The translations under genes and the position numbers were made by a program. The notes under the pieces are model-generated. The model was not told the origin of the DNA. It saw nothing but the letters and a program-made list of their open reading frames with translations, and made no database searches. A DNA stretch of 64,000 nt from Candidatus Latescibacterota bacterium (GTDB lineage Bacteria > Latescibacterota > UBA2968 > GCA-2709665). The stretch lies in assembly GCA_965222075.1 (NCBI GenBank), contig OZ244937.1, positions 5,120,001 to 5,184,000 of the forward strand, written 5' to 3'. Shown here one piece after another: positions 19,138-27,748 of the stretch. Each line of letters opens with the position of its first letter. Positions within the stretch are counted from its first letter, which is position 1.

Positions 19138-19617
19138 ATGGCTGATGAAACGAAAAACATCTTCATAAGTCACATCCATGAAGATGATAAAGGCCTCGGC
19201 AAGCTCAAGAGTCTGCTGAAGGACAACGGGATGACCATCCGGGACTATTCAATCAACGCGGATAATCCCAACAACGCCCATTCAGAAAGCTACATCAAGT
19301 CCGAGATTCTTGCACCGCGCATTCGACAATCAAGTACGTTGGCTGTTTATATTTCGCCCGAAACTAAAGGCAGCCAGTGGGTGGACTGGGAGATTGAGTA
19401 TGCCCATAAACAAGACAAACGAATTGTAGGAGTTTGGGCGCATGGAGAAAGCGGGTGCGAAGTCCCGGAAGCATTGGATAACTACGCCGACGCTGTAGTT
19501 GGTTGGACGGGTAATCGCATCATTGACGCGATAAACGGAAAAATCGATGGTTGGGAAAATCCGGACGGTACAAAAAGCACGCCGCGAGGAGACATCAGCC
19601 GGTATAGCTGTCGTTAG
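19138..19617 (+). CDS. TIR-domain protein (MTH538/DUF1863, ThsB-like)
   Basis: IFISH, SQWVDWEIEYA with the catalytic-position Glu, KRIVGV. Confidence 0.85.
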   Translation: MADETKNIFISHIHEDDKGLGKLKSLLKDNGMTIRDYSINADNPNNAHSESYIKSEILAPRIRQSSTLAVYISPETKGSQWVDWEIEYAHKQDKRIVGVWAHGESGCEVPEALDNYADAVVGWTGNRIIDAINGKIDGWENPDGTKSTPRGDISRYSCR

Positions 19618-19627
19618 AAACGTCAAT

Positions 19628-20236
19628 ATGAAACTATTCTCCTATGTCGTCGCTCGTGACTATGGTTTTGCGCCCAACCCTTTTTTTGGAATATGTACAT
19701 TAGCCACCTGCAAACCAAGAGTTCGGAAGGCAGCCTCCATAGGAGACTGGATTATCGGCACGGGCAGCAGCCAAAATGACAGACGAGGCTATCTTGTTTA
19801 TGCCATGTGCGTAACGGAAACAATGACATTTAATGAGTATTGGGAAGACGAGCGGTTCCAAAGGAAAAAGCCGAACATGAGGGGAAGCATGAAGCAGGCA
19901 TTCGGCGACAACATCTACTTTCAGAATGATGCTGGTCAGTGGCAGCAGCAGGATTCTCATCACAGTTATGAGGACGGTTCGCCCAACCCGTACAATATTT
20001 GCCACGATACACAGACGGACAGAGTCCTGCTCAGCAAGGACTACGTATATTGGGGTGGCCCAGGACCTGAAATTCCTACAAGGTTCAGAGACTACGAGGG
20101 ATGCGATATTTGCGCTAAGCGCAACCACAAATGCCGGTTTCCACAAGGATTGGTCAGGGAATTTGCTACGTGGTTGCGGTCTTTGGACGCGAGGGGTTAT
20201 CTTGGAAAACCTTTAGGTTGGAGCAAAACACCATGA
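19628..20236 (+). CDS. Nucleotide-modification-associated domain 2 (Nmad2)-like protein
   Basis: SYVVARDYGFAPNPFFGICTLATCKPRVR, GDWIIG, GDNIY, DRVLLS. Confidence 0.75.
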   Translation: MKLFSYVVARDYGFAPNPFFGICTLATCKPRVRKAASIGDWIIGTGSSQNDRRGYLVYAMCVTETMTFNEYWEDERFQRKKPNMRGSMKQAFGDNIYFQNDAGQWQQQDSHHSYEDGSPNPYNICHDTQTDRVLLSKDYVYWGGPGPEIPTRFRDYEGCDICAKRNHKCRFPQGLVREFATWLRSLDARGYLGKPLGWSKTP

Positions 20237-21408
20237 CCAGGAGTCTGTCATCCATGGATCGGCGAAACAAAGCGACTTCTGAGGGCACAATTCTCCTGCG
20301 CGATTACATGCGAGAAATCGAGCCCACCGATAAACTTCCTCAGGACAATCTGCAACCGGTTTTGATGGGGCTGTTTGGCGAGGTTGGCAGTATCATGGCA
20401 ACCGCTAAGAAGCACCTCCGGGAAAAAACAGCATATACTGGATACCAGCAGGTGGTGGAGGAAGAATTCGGCGATGCGCTTTGGTACTTCACTACATTGT
20501 GCCGGCGTCTTGGCATTGGCGTTGACACCATCCTCTCCAAAGCGGTGAATCAAGACAAATACAGCAAGAGCATCGCTGCAAGCGACCTTCTGGACAGCCC
20601 GGTTTCTCATATCTCGTCGGTCAGTGCATTGCCTGATCTTGATAAGACACTCCTGAATCTGGGACAGGCTACGGCGGCATTGCTTGGCATCAAGAGCTTG
20701 GATGAACAGACTCACGATTTGCTACAAACTTTCTCGGATCGCTACTTGCAGGCACTTCAAGCGGCAAACGTAAGTTTTTCAAAGATTGCTCATATGAACA
20801 TAGAGAAAACGTGTGGACGTTTTCTTGAACCCAATGCGTCAGAGTTACCAACGTTCGACGACAAATTCCCGGATGAGGAACGGCTTCCCCGGCATTTCGA
20901 GATCAAAGTCACGCAACGAAAAAACGGGCAAAGTTATCTGCAATGGAATGGTGTATTTATCGGCGACCCGCTCACGGATAATATCCTTGACCCGGATGGC
21001 TACCGATTCCATGATGTGTTTCATTTTACACATGCTGCCATTCTTCACTGGTCTCCTACCTTTCGCGCCTTGATAAAGCATAAACGCAAGAGTGATCCGA
21101 AGTTGGATGAGGCTGAGGATGGTGGCAGAGCGAAAGTCGTTGAGGAAGGACTTACCGCGTGGATATTTTCATGCGCCAAACATCTCAATTTCTTTCAGGG
21201 GCAGAATAGCGTCTCCTTTGACTTGCTAAAGACCGTGCAGCAGTTCGTGCAGGGATACGAAGTGGAAAAATGTCCTCTTAAGCTATGGGAACGGGCTATA
21301 CTGAAAGGATATGAGGTTTTCAGACTGGTACGGGATAACAACGGTGGGATCGTGATTGGAAATCGCGAGACTCGTACCATCGAGTACAAGTCAATTGATG
21401 GAGAATAG
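20233..21408 (+). CDS. MazG-like NTP pyrophosphohydrolase with MazG_C domain
   Basis: GLFGEVG..EEEFGDALWY (MazG); DGYRFHDVFH and DEAEDGGRA in the C-terminal domain; ATGA overlap with the upstream gene. Confidence 0.82.
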   Translation: MTRSLSSMDRRNKATSEGTILLRDYMREIEPTDKLPQDNLQPVLMGLFGEVGSIMATAKKHLREKTAYTGYQQVVEEEFGDALWYFTTLCRRLGIGVDTILSKAVNQDKYSKSIAASDLLDSPVSHISSVSALPDLDKTLLNLGQATAALLGIKSLDEQTHDLLQTFSDRYLQALQAANVSFSKIAHMNIEKTCGRFLEPNASELPTFDDKFPDEERLPRHFEIKVTQRKNGQSYLQWNGVFIGDPLTDNILDPDGYRFHDVFHFTHAAILHWSPTFRALIKHKRKSDPKLDEAEDGGRAKVVEEGLTAWIFSCAKHLNFFQGQNSVSFDLLKTVQQFVQGYEVEKCPLKLWERAILKGYEVFRLVRDNNGGIVIGNRETRTIEYKSIDGE

Positions 21409-21411
21409 CGC

Positions 21412-22116
21412 ATGAAACTGGTGCAGTTTGTGGAAGCATTGAAGGCACTGGATTTTGAGAATACGTTTAACCCTTACTCACATCGGTGTGCTGTTCACGA
21501 TCTGAATGACGCTCCAGGACGCCGCTTAAAAACGTTGCAGTCTATGCTTGAAGTGGCAACAGAACGGGAAATTGATTCTATATGGATTGGACGTGATCTT
21601 GGCTATCGTGGCGGTAGGCGAACAGGGCTTGCCTTAACAGACGATGTACATATTTGCGAATACGCCGCACGATGGGGATTATCTATTCAGAGGCCAACGA
21701 AAGGCGACATAGCTGCCGAGCGGACCGCTGCTGTCATTTGGAGCGTTCTCTCACAAGTTGAGGTATCCGTTTTTCTCTGGAATGTCTTCCCATTACACCC
21801 TCACGAACCCGGTAATCCTTTCAGCAATCGATCTCATAATTCTTTTGAGCGCAAGACTGGAGAGAAGTTTCTTTCTCAACTCATCCTCCTTCTAAAGCCG
21901 TGCCGTCTGATTGCAATCGGCAATGATGCGGCACGAGCAGCACATCGCTTAAGCGGTCAGCACACAGTTATTCAAGTACGGCACCCTAGCTATGGTGGGA
22001 AGGCACAATTTTTAGCGCAAATGTGCGAGTTGTACAATCTGCAATCAGGGCTTTTTCAAGCCTCGCGATACCCTGCTCAGTCGACTCTTCCTCGGATATT
22101 GAGAAGAGGAACATGA
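21412..22116 (+). CDS. Uracil-DNA glycosylase superfamily protein
   Basis: FNPY, IGRDLGYRGGRRTG, ERTA, WNVFPLHPH, AIGNDA, VRHPSYGG. Confidence 0.8.
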   Translation: MKLVQFVEALKALDFENTFNPYSHRCAVHDLNDAPGRRLKTLQSMLEVATEREIDSIWIGRDLGYRGGRRTGLALTDDVHICEYAARWGLSIQRPTKGDIAAERTAAVIWSVLSQVEVSVFLWNVFPLHPHEPGNPFSNRSHNSFERKTGEKFLSQLILLLKPCRLIAIGNDAARAAHRLSGQHTVIQVRHPSYGGKAQFLAQMCELYNLQSGLFQASRYPAQSTLPRILRRGT

Positions 22117-22161
22117 AGGGTTCCCGCCGTATATACGTCCCTTGAAGACCACAGCTCGCTA

Positions 22162-22315
22162 CCTGATGAGGATTGCCTGATGAGGATTGCCTGATGAGGA
22201 TTGCCTGATGAGGATTGCCTGATGAGGATTGCCTGATGAGGATTGCCTGATGAGGATTGCCTGATGAGGATTGCCTGATGAGGATTGCCTGATGAGGATT
22301 GCCTGATGAGGATTG
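22162..22315. repeat. Perfect tandem repeat, 11 x 14 bp CCTGATGAGGATTG
   Basis: Counted directly: 154 bp with no mismatches or spacers. Confidence 0.97.
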
Positions 22316-22723
22316 CATACATAAACAGGACAAGGTATCTGGAATGAAGTTTCAAAAATACAGTCTTGGGCACCAAACACGAGGCACGGTTGTTGAAGTA
22401 ACATTATCTGGAAGTGCAGCCAATGTGCGCTTACTTGACAGCGCAAACTTTCAGAATTATCGTGCCGGACGCCGACATCAATACCACGGCGGTCTAATTA
22501 CCAAGTCCCCTGTGCGCTTGACAATTCCCCGCACAGGCACTTGGTATGTAACTGTTGACCTTCAAGGGCTACGAGGCCAAGTGCGTTCCTCAATTCGCGT
22601 AATTCCTCACACGGCTATGACTCCACTTCCAGAATATTCACCACCGCCACTCGCACATCTGGTCAGACCCATAGGCTCTACTAATTTCTCAACGGCACAG
22701 TCTGTCGTTTCTGAACAATCTAA

Positions 22724-23652
22724 GAAGCTGTTTTAAAAAGGTAGAGGCGTAAAGAAAAAAGTTGAAATTGCGTATTCATCTATCCAAATTCAGGTTGTCC
22801 CAAACCACCTGAAACGAAAGGATAAAGATGAATACGCAGAGGCAATATCCAACAAATTTGACCGAAACACAATGGCAACTTCTCCTCACGCTGCTGCCCA
22901 AACCCAAATGGCGTTTCGGCTGTCCTGGTCGCCCACCGGTAAATCTACGCCAGGTGTTCAACGGCATTCTGTATCTGACCAAGACAGGGTGCCAATGGCG
23001 CATGCTGCCCAAAGCTTTTGGATGCTGGCAAACCGTGTATGGGTATTTCAACAGATGGAGCCAACAAGGCATCTTCCAAAAGATCCAACAGGCACTCTAC
23101 AGAAGGGAGCGACGCAGTCAGGGTCGCAAGCCCACCGCTTCAGCAGGCAGTATAGACTCTCAAAGTATTAAGACAGCAACACAAGGGAAAATAAAAGGTT
23201 ACGATGCTGGCAAGAAAGTCAATGGCCGCAAGCGTCATCTCCTTGTAGATACCCTCGGCCTGCCAATCTGTGTGTTTGTCTCTGCTGCTGACTTGGCTGA
23301 TCGGGACGGACTGATGGAGCTACTCAAACGCTATTTTGCTGCTGGCCTGCGGCGTCTTCGCAAGCTATGGGTCGATGGGGGATATCGCGGTGACGCTTTG
23401 AAGACGTGGGTTTCAAGTTTGAAGCAGACTCACAAAATTGACTTGGAAGTCGTCCAACGAGAAAGCAAGGGGTTTGAAGTGATGAAATGGCGCTGGGTGG
23501 TTGAGCGCACTTTTGCTTGGCTGTTGAATTTCCGGCGTCTTTCCAAGGATTATGAAGTCTTGACACAAAATAGTGAAGCGCTCATTTACATTGCGATGAT
23601 TCACCTTTTGATCAAGAGACTCGCTCCCAAATCTGAATTTTAAAACGGCTTC
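22724..23652 (+). mobile_element. IS5-family element (IS1031-like), 929 bp
   Basis: Terminal IRs GAAGCTGTTTTAAAA / TTTTAAAACGGCTTC; 3-bp TSD TAA (22721-22723, 23653-23655). Confidence 0.93.
22828..23643 (+). CDS. IS5 family transposase
   Basis: YPTNLT, GCQWRMLP, IDSQS, GRKRHLLVDTLG, WVDGGY, RWVVERTFAW. Confidence 0.95.
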   Translation: MNTQRQYPTNLTETQWQLLLTLLPKPKWRFGCPGRPPVNLRQVFNGILYLTKTGCQWRMLPKAFGCWQTVYGYFNRWSQQGIFQKIQQALYRRERRSQGRKPTASAGSIDSQSIKTATQGKIKGYDAGKKVNGRKRHLLVDTLGLPICVFVSAADLADRDGLMELLKRYFAAGLRRLRKLWVDGGYRGDALKTWVSSLKQTHKIDLEVVQRESKGFEVMKWRWVVERTFAWLLNFRRLSKDYEVLTQNSEALIYIAMIHLLIKRLAPKSEF

Positions 23653-24091
23653 TAAGGATTATGACGTTTTCATCTGTCATGCTACAGAAGACAAAGATGA
23701 CATCGTACGTCCGTTAGCGGAAACACTGGATTCAGAAGGTCTCCGGGTATGGTACGACGAATTTGAGCTTCGTATTGGTGATAGCCTACGCCGGAAAATT
23801 GACAGGGGCATAGCACGAAGCCGATTTGGTGTAGTTGTAATTTCTCATGCTTTCTTCGCGAAAGACTGGCCTCAGTACGAATTGGACGGGCTCGTAACAC
23901 GAGAGATGACCGGTGAACAAATAATTCTTCCGCTCTGGCACCGTATCAGCAAGGATGAGATTATAAAGCAAAGTCCCTCGCTCGCAGACAAGGTGGCTCG
24001 TAGTACTTCCGATTTCACAATCGATGAGATCGCACGCGAAATTGCCGATGTCATAAAAAGAGAGAGCCCAGAATCATAGGCTGAGGACTCA

Positions 24092-25429
24092 ATGGCCCCA
24101 AACCTCAAACCCTACTCCTCCTACAAGCCCTCAGGTATTCCCTGGCTGGGCGACATCCCGGCGCATTGGGAGGTTACAGCTGTAAAAAAACGTTACGCCA
24201 TTCAGCTTGGGAAAATGCTACAAAATAGACCGAACAACCCTGATGATGTCGAAGTCCCATATCTAAAAGCGCAACACGTCCAGTGGTTTCATGTTCGGAC
24301 AATAGACGCACCTAAAATGTGGGCGAGTCAGAACGATACAGATCAGTTCGGAATAGCACCGGGTGATCTCCTCGTATGCGAAGGTGGAGAAGGAGGGCGT
24401 TGCGGGATATTGAAGCAGAAGGTCAGTGGCTACATTATCCAAAATGCGTTGCACCGAGTTCGACCACGTGACCAAAGTCGCAACGATTTTTTGCAGTATG
24501 TGATGAGTGCTATTGCGGCGACTGGCTGGTTTGATGCCCTCAACGATAAGGCTACAATTGCCCACTTTACTAAAGAGAAATTTGGCGCACTTAGGGTACC
24601 CTTCCCACCCCTCTCCGAACAAACCGCCATCGTCCGCTATCTCGCCCACGCCGACGAACGCATCCGCCGCTACGTCAGCGGCAAGCAGAAGCTCATCCGG
24701 CTACTGGAGGAAGAGAAGCAGGCCGTCATCCACCGCGCCGTCACCCGCGGCCTCGACCCCAACGTCCGCCTCAAGCCCTCCGGCGTGGAGGGACTCGGTG
24801 ATGTTCCGGCGCATTGGGAGGTGGGACCAGTCAAACGGGCCTTCCTGTCAATGGATTATGGGATATCGGAATCCGCGTCTGATTCAGGTACGATCCGCCT
24901 CCTAACTATGGCTCACTTGAACAATGGGCAGGTAACAGTACCCCCTACCGGCGGAGTTGATTCCGTTAACCCCTATCTCCTGTTACAAAAGGATGACTTG
25001 CTGTTTAACCGGACCAACAGCCAAGAGCTTGTTGGTAAGGTCGGCCTGTTTACTGGACATGATTCTCCAGTGACTTTCGCTTCTTATCTCGTGCGAATGC
25101 GCCCTTGTCCGAACCACGACCCCGTGTATTTGAACATGGCTCTCAACGATACGTCCTTCATTTCACGGGCTCGCAGAGAAGCTATACCAAGCTTGCACCA
25201 ATCCAATCTCAATCCCACAAGGTACGGGCGACTTCATATTGTTTTACCGCCGAGGCAAGAGCAACAGACGATTCTTCGCGTCCTGCGAAATGAAACTCGG
25301 AGTCTCAGAGACGCCATCAGCCGCACCCGCCGCCAAATTGAGCTGCTCCAGGAATACCGCACCCGCCTGATCGCCGATGTGGTGACAGGTCAGGTGGACG
25401 TGCGGGCGGCGGGCGGTCAGGTGCCATGA
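24092..25429 (+). CDS. hsdS: Type I R-M specificity subunit S
   Basis: YKPSGIPWLGDIPAHW, PPLSEQTAIV, two TRDs, EYRTRLIADVVTG. Confidence 0.95.
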   Translation: MAPNLKPYSSYKPSGIPWLGDIPAHWEVTAVKKRYAIQLGKMLQNRPNNPDDVEVPYLKAQHVQWFHVRTIDAPKMWASQNDTDQFGIAPGDLLVCEGGEGGRCGILKQKVSGYIIQNALHRVRPRDQSRNDFLQYVMSAIAATGWFDALNDKATIAHFTKEKFGALRVPFPPLSEQTAIVRYLAHADERIRRYVSGKQKLIRLLEEEKQAVIHRAVTRGLDPNVRLKPSGVEGLGDVPAHWEVGPVKRAFLSMDYGISESASDSGTIRLLTMAHLNNGQVTVPPTGGVDSVNPYLLLQKDDLLFNRTNSQELVGKVGLFTGHDSPVTFASYLVRMRPCPNHDPVYLNMALNDTSFISRARREAIPSLHQSNLNPTRYGRLHIVLPPRQEQQTILRVLRNETRSLRDAISRTRRQIELLQEYRTRLIADVVTGQVDVRAAGGQVP

Positions 25430-25484
25430 CGTTGAACATCAGTCGCCACATCCATATACTGTGAATCACAGCATCTGTGAGGAT

Positions 25485-25781
25485 ATGAACATGAAGAACA
25501 TTACCGTATCTGTGGACGAAGAAACCCATCGGCTCGCCCGCATCCGGGCGGCGGAGTTGGGCATATCGGTGTCGGCGCTGGTCCGGGGCTACCTTAAAAC
25601 CCTCGTTCGCCAGCAAGCCGACGGGCCCAGGGCCAATGAACAAGGCGTAGAGACCGAGTCCGAACGGCGGCGCAGGCTGTTGAACGAGGTGTTCGCAGAC
25701 TTTGATGCACGAGGCGTGGGATTGCGTATGGTCGACAATCTCCCCCGTGAAGCTCTGTACGACCGCGATGCGCTTCGTTGA
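25485..25781 (+). CDS. Ribbon-helix-helix antitoxin (CopG/DUF6364-like)
   Basis: MKNITVSVDEETHRLARIRAAELGISVSALVRGYL..REALYDR. Confidence 0.8.
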   Translation: MNMKNITVSVDEETHRLARIRAAELGISVSALVRGYLKTLVRQQADGPRANEQGVETESERRRRLLNEVFADFDARGVGLRMVDNLPREALYDRDALR

Positions 25782-25838
25782 TACCAACGTGCTGCTCTAT
25801 GCAGTGAGCGTTTTGTCAGGGGATGCCGACAAGCGGCG
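25768..25838 (+). pseudogene. Truncated VapC/PIN toxin (about the first 23 codons)
   Basis: MRFVDTNVLLYAVS..DADKR, cut off where the hsdS 3' repeat begins. Confidence 0.7.
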
Positions 25839-26008
25839 ACCGCACCCGTCTCATCGCCGATGTGGTGACAGGTCAGGTGGATGTGTGGGCGGCGGCGCGG
25901 TTGCCTGAGGGGACCGATGAGCCGGAGTCCTGCGACTATGGGAACGCCCTGACCGGTGGGGAGGACATGGGCAATGGTTTCGGCATTGCGCCGGAGGTCA
26001 CAGCATGA
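25839..26008 (+). repeat. Copy of the hsdS 3' end with an alternative acidic tail
   Basis: RTRLIADVVTGQVDV matches 25356-25401; continues WAAARLPEGTDEPE...EVTA*, stop overlapping the next ATG. Confidence 0.85.
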
Positions 26009-27471
26009 CTACCAATAGAAGCCAAGACTACCTTGTCGGCTTGGTACGTGAGCTATGCAACCTGCCACATGAGACCGAATGGGTCGAGTTCAAAGTCAAC
26101 CACCGCGCTCCGCAAACCGTCGGGGAGTACGTCTCAGCGCTTTCCAACGCAGCAGCCCTGCACGACAAGATTCACGCATATATCCTGTGGGGCATCGAGA
26201 ACGAAACGCACGCCGTTGTTGGGACAGACTTCTCGCCAGCTATCGCGAGGAAGGGGAACGAACCACTCGAGACCTGGCTGCTTGGGCTTCTAAGGCCGCG
26301 CATCGACTTCCAGTTTCACGAAGTCGTGATTGGTGGGAAGCGGGTCGTAATTATGGAGATTAATCGTGCGTCCCAGCACCCGGTCGCGTTCGAGGGCGTC
26401 GAATTCATCCGAGTAGGCAGCACCAGGAGAAAGCTCAAAGACTATCAGGAGAAGGAACGAGCACTTTGGCACGTGTTCGACCGGGTGAGCTTCGAAGACG
26501 GTATTGCCGCCGAACGAGTGCGTGGCGAGGATGTTCTGTTAAAGCTCGACTACCCAGCGTACTTCGACTTGCTTGAAATGCCGCTCCCTGACGGTCGTGA
26601 CGCCATCCTCCACGCATTGCAGAGCGACCGGCTCATCGCTCCCAGCGAGGCGGGTGGCTTCGACATCACGAACCTGGGTGCCATCCTGTTTGCCAAGAAC
26701 CTCGGCGACTTTGCGCAGCTCAAGCGCAAAGCTATGCGCGTCATACAGTACCGTGGCACAAGCCGCATCGAAACTTTGAGGGAGCAGGAAGGCGTGTGGG
26801 GCTATGCGGTTGGATTCAAAGGAATTATCGACTATATCATGACGCTCGTGCCCTCGAATGAAGCAATCGAACAGGCCTTGCGCAGGACAGTGCCAATGTT
26901 CCCTGAGTTGGCCGTGCGTGAGTTGGTGGCAAACGCTCTCATCCATCAGGACTTCCTCATCACTGGTGCCGGGCCGATGGTGGAGATTTTTGAGAACCGC
27001 ATCGAGATCACGAACCCTGGGGAGCCGCTGGTGGACACGCAGCGCTTTCTCGACAGCCCACCCAAATCCCGAAACGAGGCGCTCGCCTCGCTGATGCGAC
27101 GCTTCGGTATCTGTGAGGAACGAGGCAGCGGAATCGACAAGGTCGTTTCTGAGGTAGAGATATTCCACTTGCCTGCGCCGCTTTTCGAGGTTCCGCCCGG
27201 TTCTACTCGTTCTGTCCTTTTCGCCCACAAGACGTTGGCCGACATGGACGGAGCGGAGCGGTTACGGGCCTGTTACTTTCACGCGTGTCTGAAGTATGTA
27301 ATGCGAGATTTCCTGACCAACGCATCACTTCGAGAAAGGTTCGGCATCAAGCAGAACAACAAGGCGGTCGCCTCTCGCCGCATTCGTGAGGCCGTGGACG
27401 CTGGCATGATCAAGCCGTTTGACGAGAATGCCGCCCGAAGATTGATGAAATACGTCCCATACTGGGCCTGA
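26005..27471 (+). CDS. AlbA_2 (Schlafen-like) + HATPase_c_4 ATP-binding protein
   Basis: ETEWVEFK, SALSN, RELVANALIHQD, RIEITNPG, SRNE, EERGSGI. Confidence 0.85.
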   Translation: MTTNRSQDYLVGLVRELCNLPHETEWVEFKVNHRAPQTVGEYVSALSNAAALHDKIHAYILWGIENETHAVVGTDFSPAIARKGNEPLETWLLGLLRPRIDFQFHEVVIGGKRVVIMEINRASQHPVAFEGVEFIRVGSTRRKLKDYQEKERALWHVFDRVSFEDGIAAERVRGEDVLLKLDYPAYFDLLEMPLPDGRDAILHALQSDRLIAPSEAGGFDITNLGAILFAKNLGDFAQLKRKAMRVIQYRGTSRIETLREQEGVWGYAVGFKGIIDYIMTLVPSNEAIEQALRRTVPMFPELAVRELVANALIHQDFLITGAGPMVEIFENRIEITNPGEPLVDTQRFLDSPPKSRNEALASLMRRFGICEERGSGIDKVVSEVEIFHLPAPLFEVPPGSTRSVLFAHKTLADMDGAERLRACYFHACLKYVMRDFLTNASLRERFGIKQNNKAVASRRIREAVDAGMIKPFDENAARRLMKYVPYWA

Positions 27472-27552
27472 CCTCGATTGGTGGGGATTGATCGACGGCC
27501 CGACGAGCGAGGCCCGACATCTCGGAAGCCGCCAAAGGCCAAGGATTGTATC

Positions 27553-27735
27553 AATTGATGGATAATTGATCGAATGGACCCGGAAATGGATGAATGGGCC
27601 GACATGTCATTCTTTTTCAATGGATTACGCCATAGAAAATCAATTGACGGGTAATTGATCGGGGAACACCGGACAGCCGTTGGAATTTCGTAAGCCATTA
27701 ATTTTGTTGTATTTGTGTAATTGACGGGTAATTGA
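27553..27735. repeat. Three copies of the 17-bp motif AATTGAYGGRTAATTGA
   Basis: 27553-27569, 27642-27658, 27719-27735. Confidence 0.75.
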
Positions 27736-27748
27736 CTGGAAACGCCTC

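Larger units (their letters stand above)
22344..24079 (+). pseudogene. DUF1883-TIR fusion gene interrupted by IS5
   Basis: N-part VEVTLSGSAANVRLLD..PVRLTIPRTGTW; removing the IS and one TAA restores EQSKDYDVFICHATEDKDDIVRPLA..WYDEF..GDSLRRKID..WPQYELDGL. Confidence 0.88.

Noticed and set aside
19138-19617. Calling the TIR gene a Thoeris system
   Set aside because: No ThsA-type Sir2/SLOG/macro/caspase effector is recognisable nearby.
22162-22315. CRISPR array
   Set aside because: The units are contiguous identical 14-mers with no spacers, and no cas genes are present.
22162-22315. Hammerhead ribozyme (CUGAUGAG core in every unit)
   Set aside because: No GAAA core or stem II follows the motif within the repeat.
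21986-22446. Repeat proteins (QSSSGNPHQAILIR)n on the minus strand
   Set aside because: All three frames are open only because the 14-mer lacks stops on that strand; there is no other coding support.
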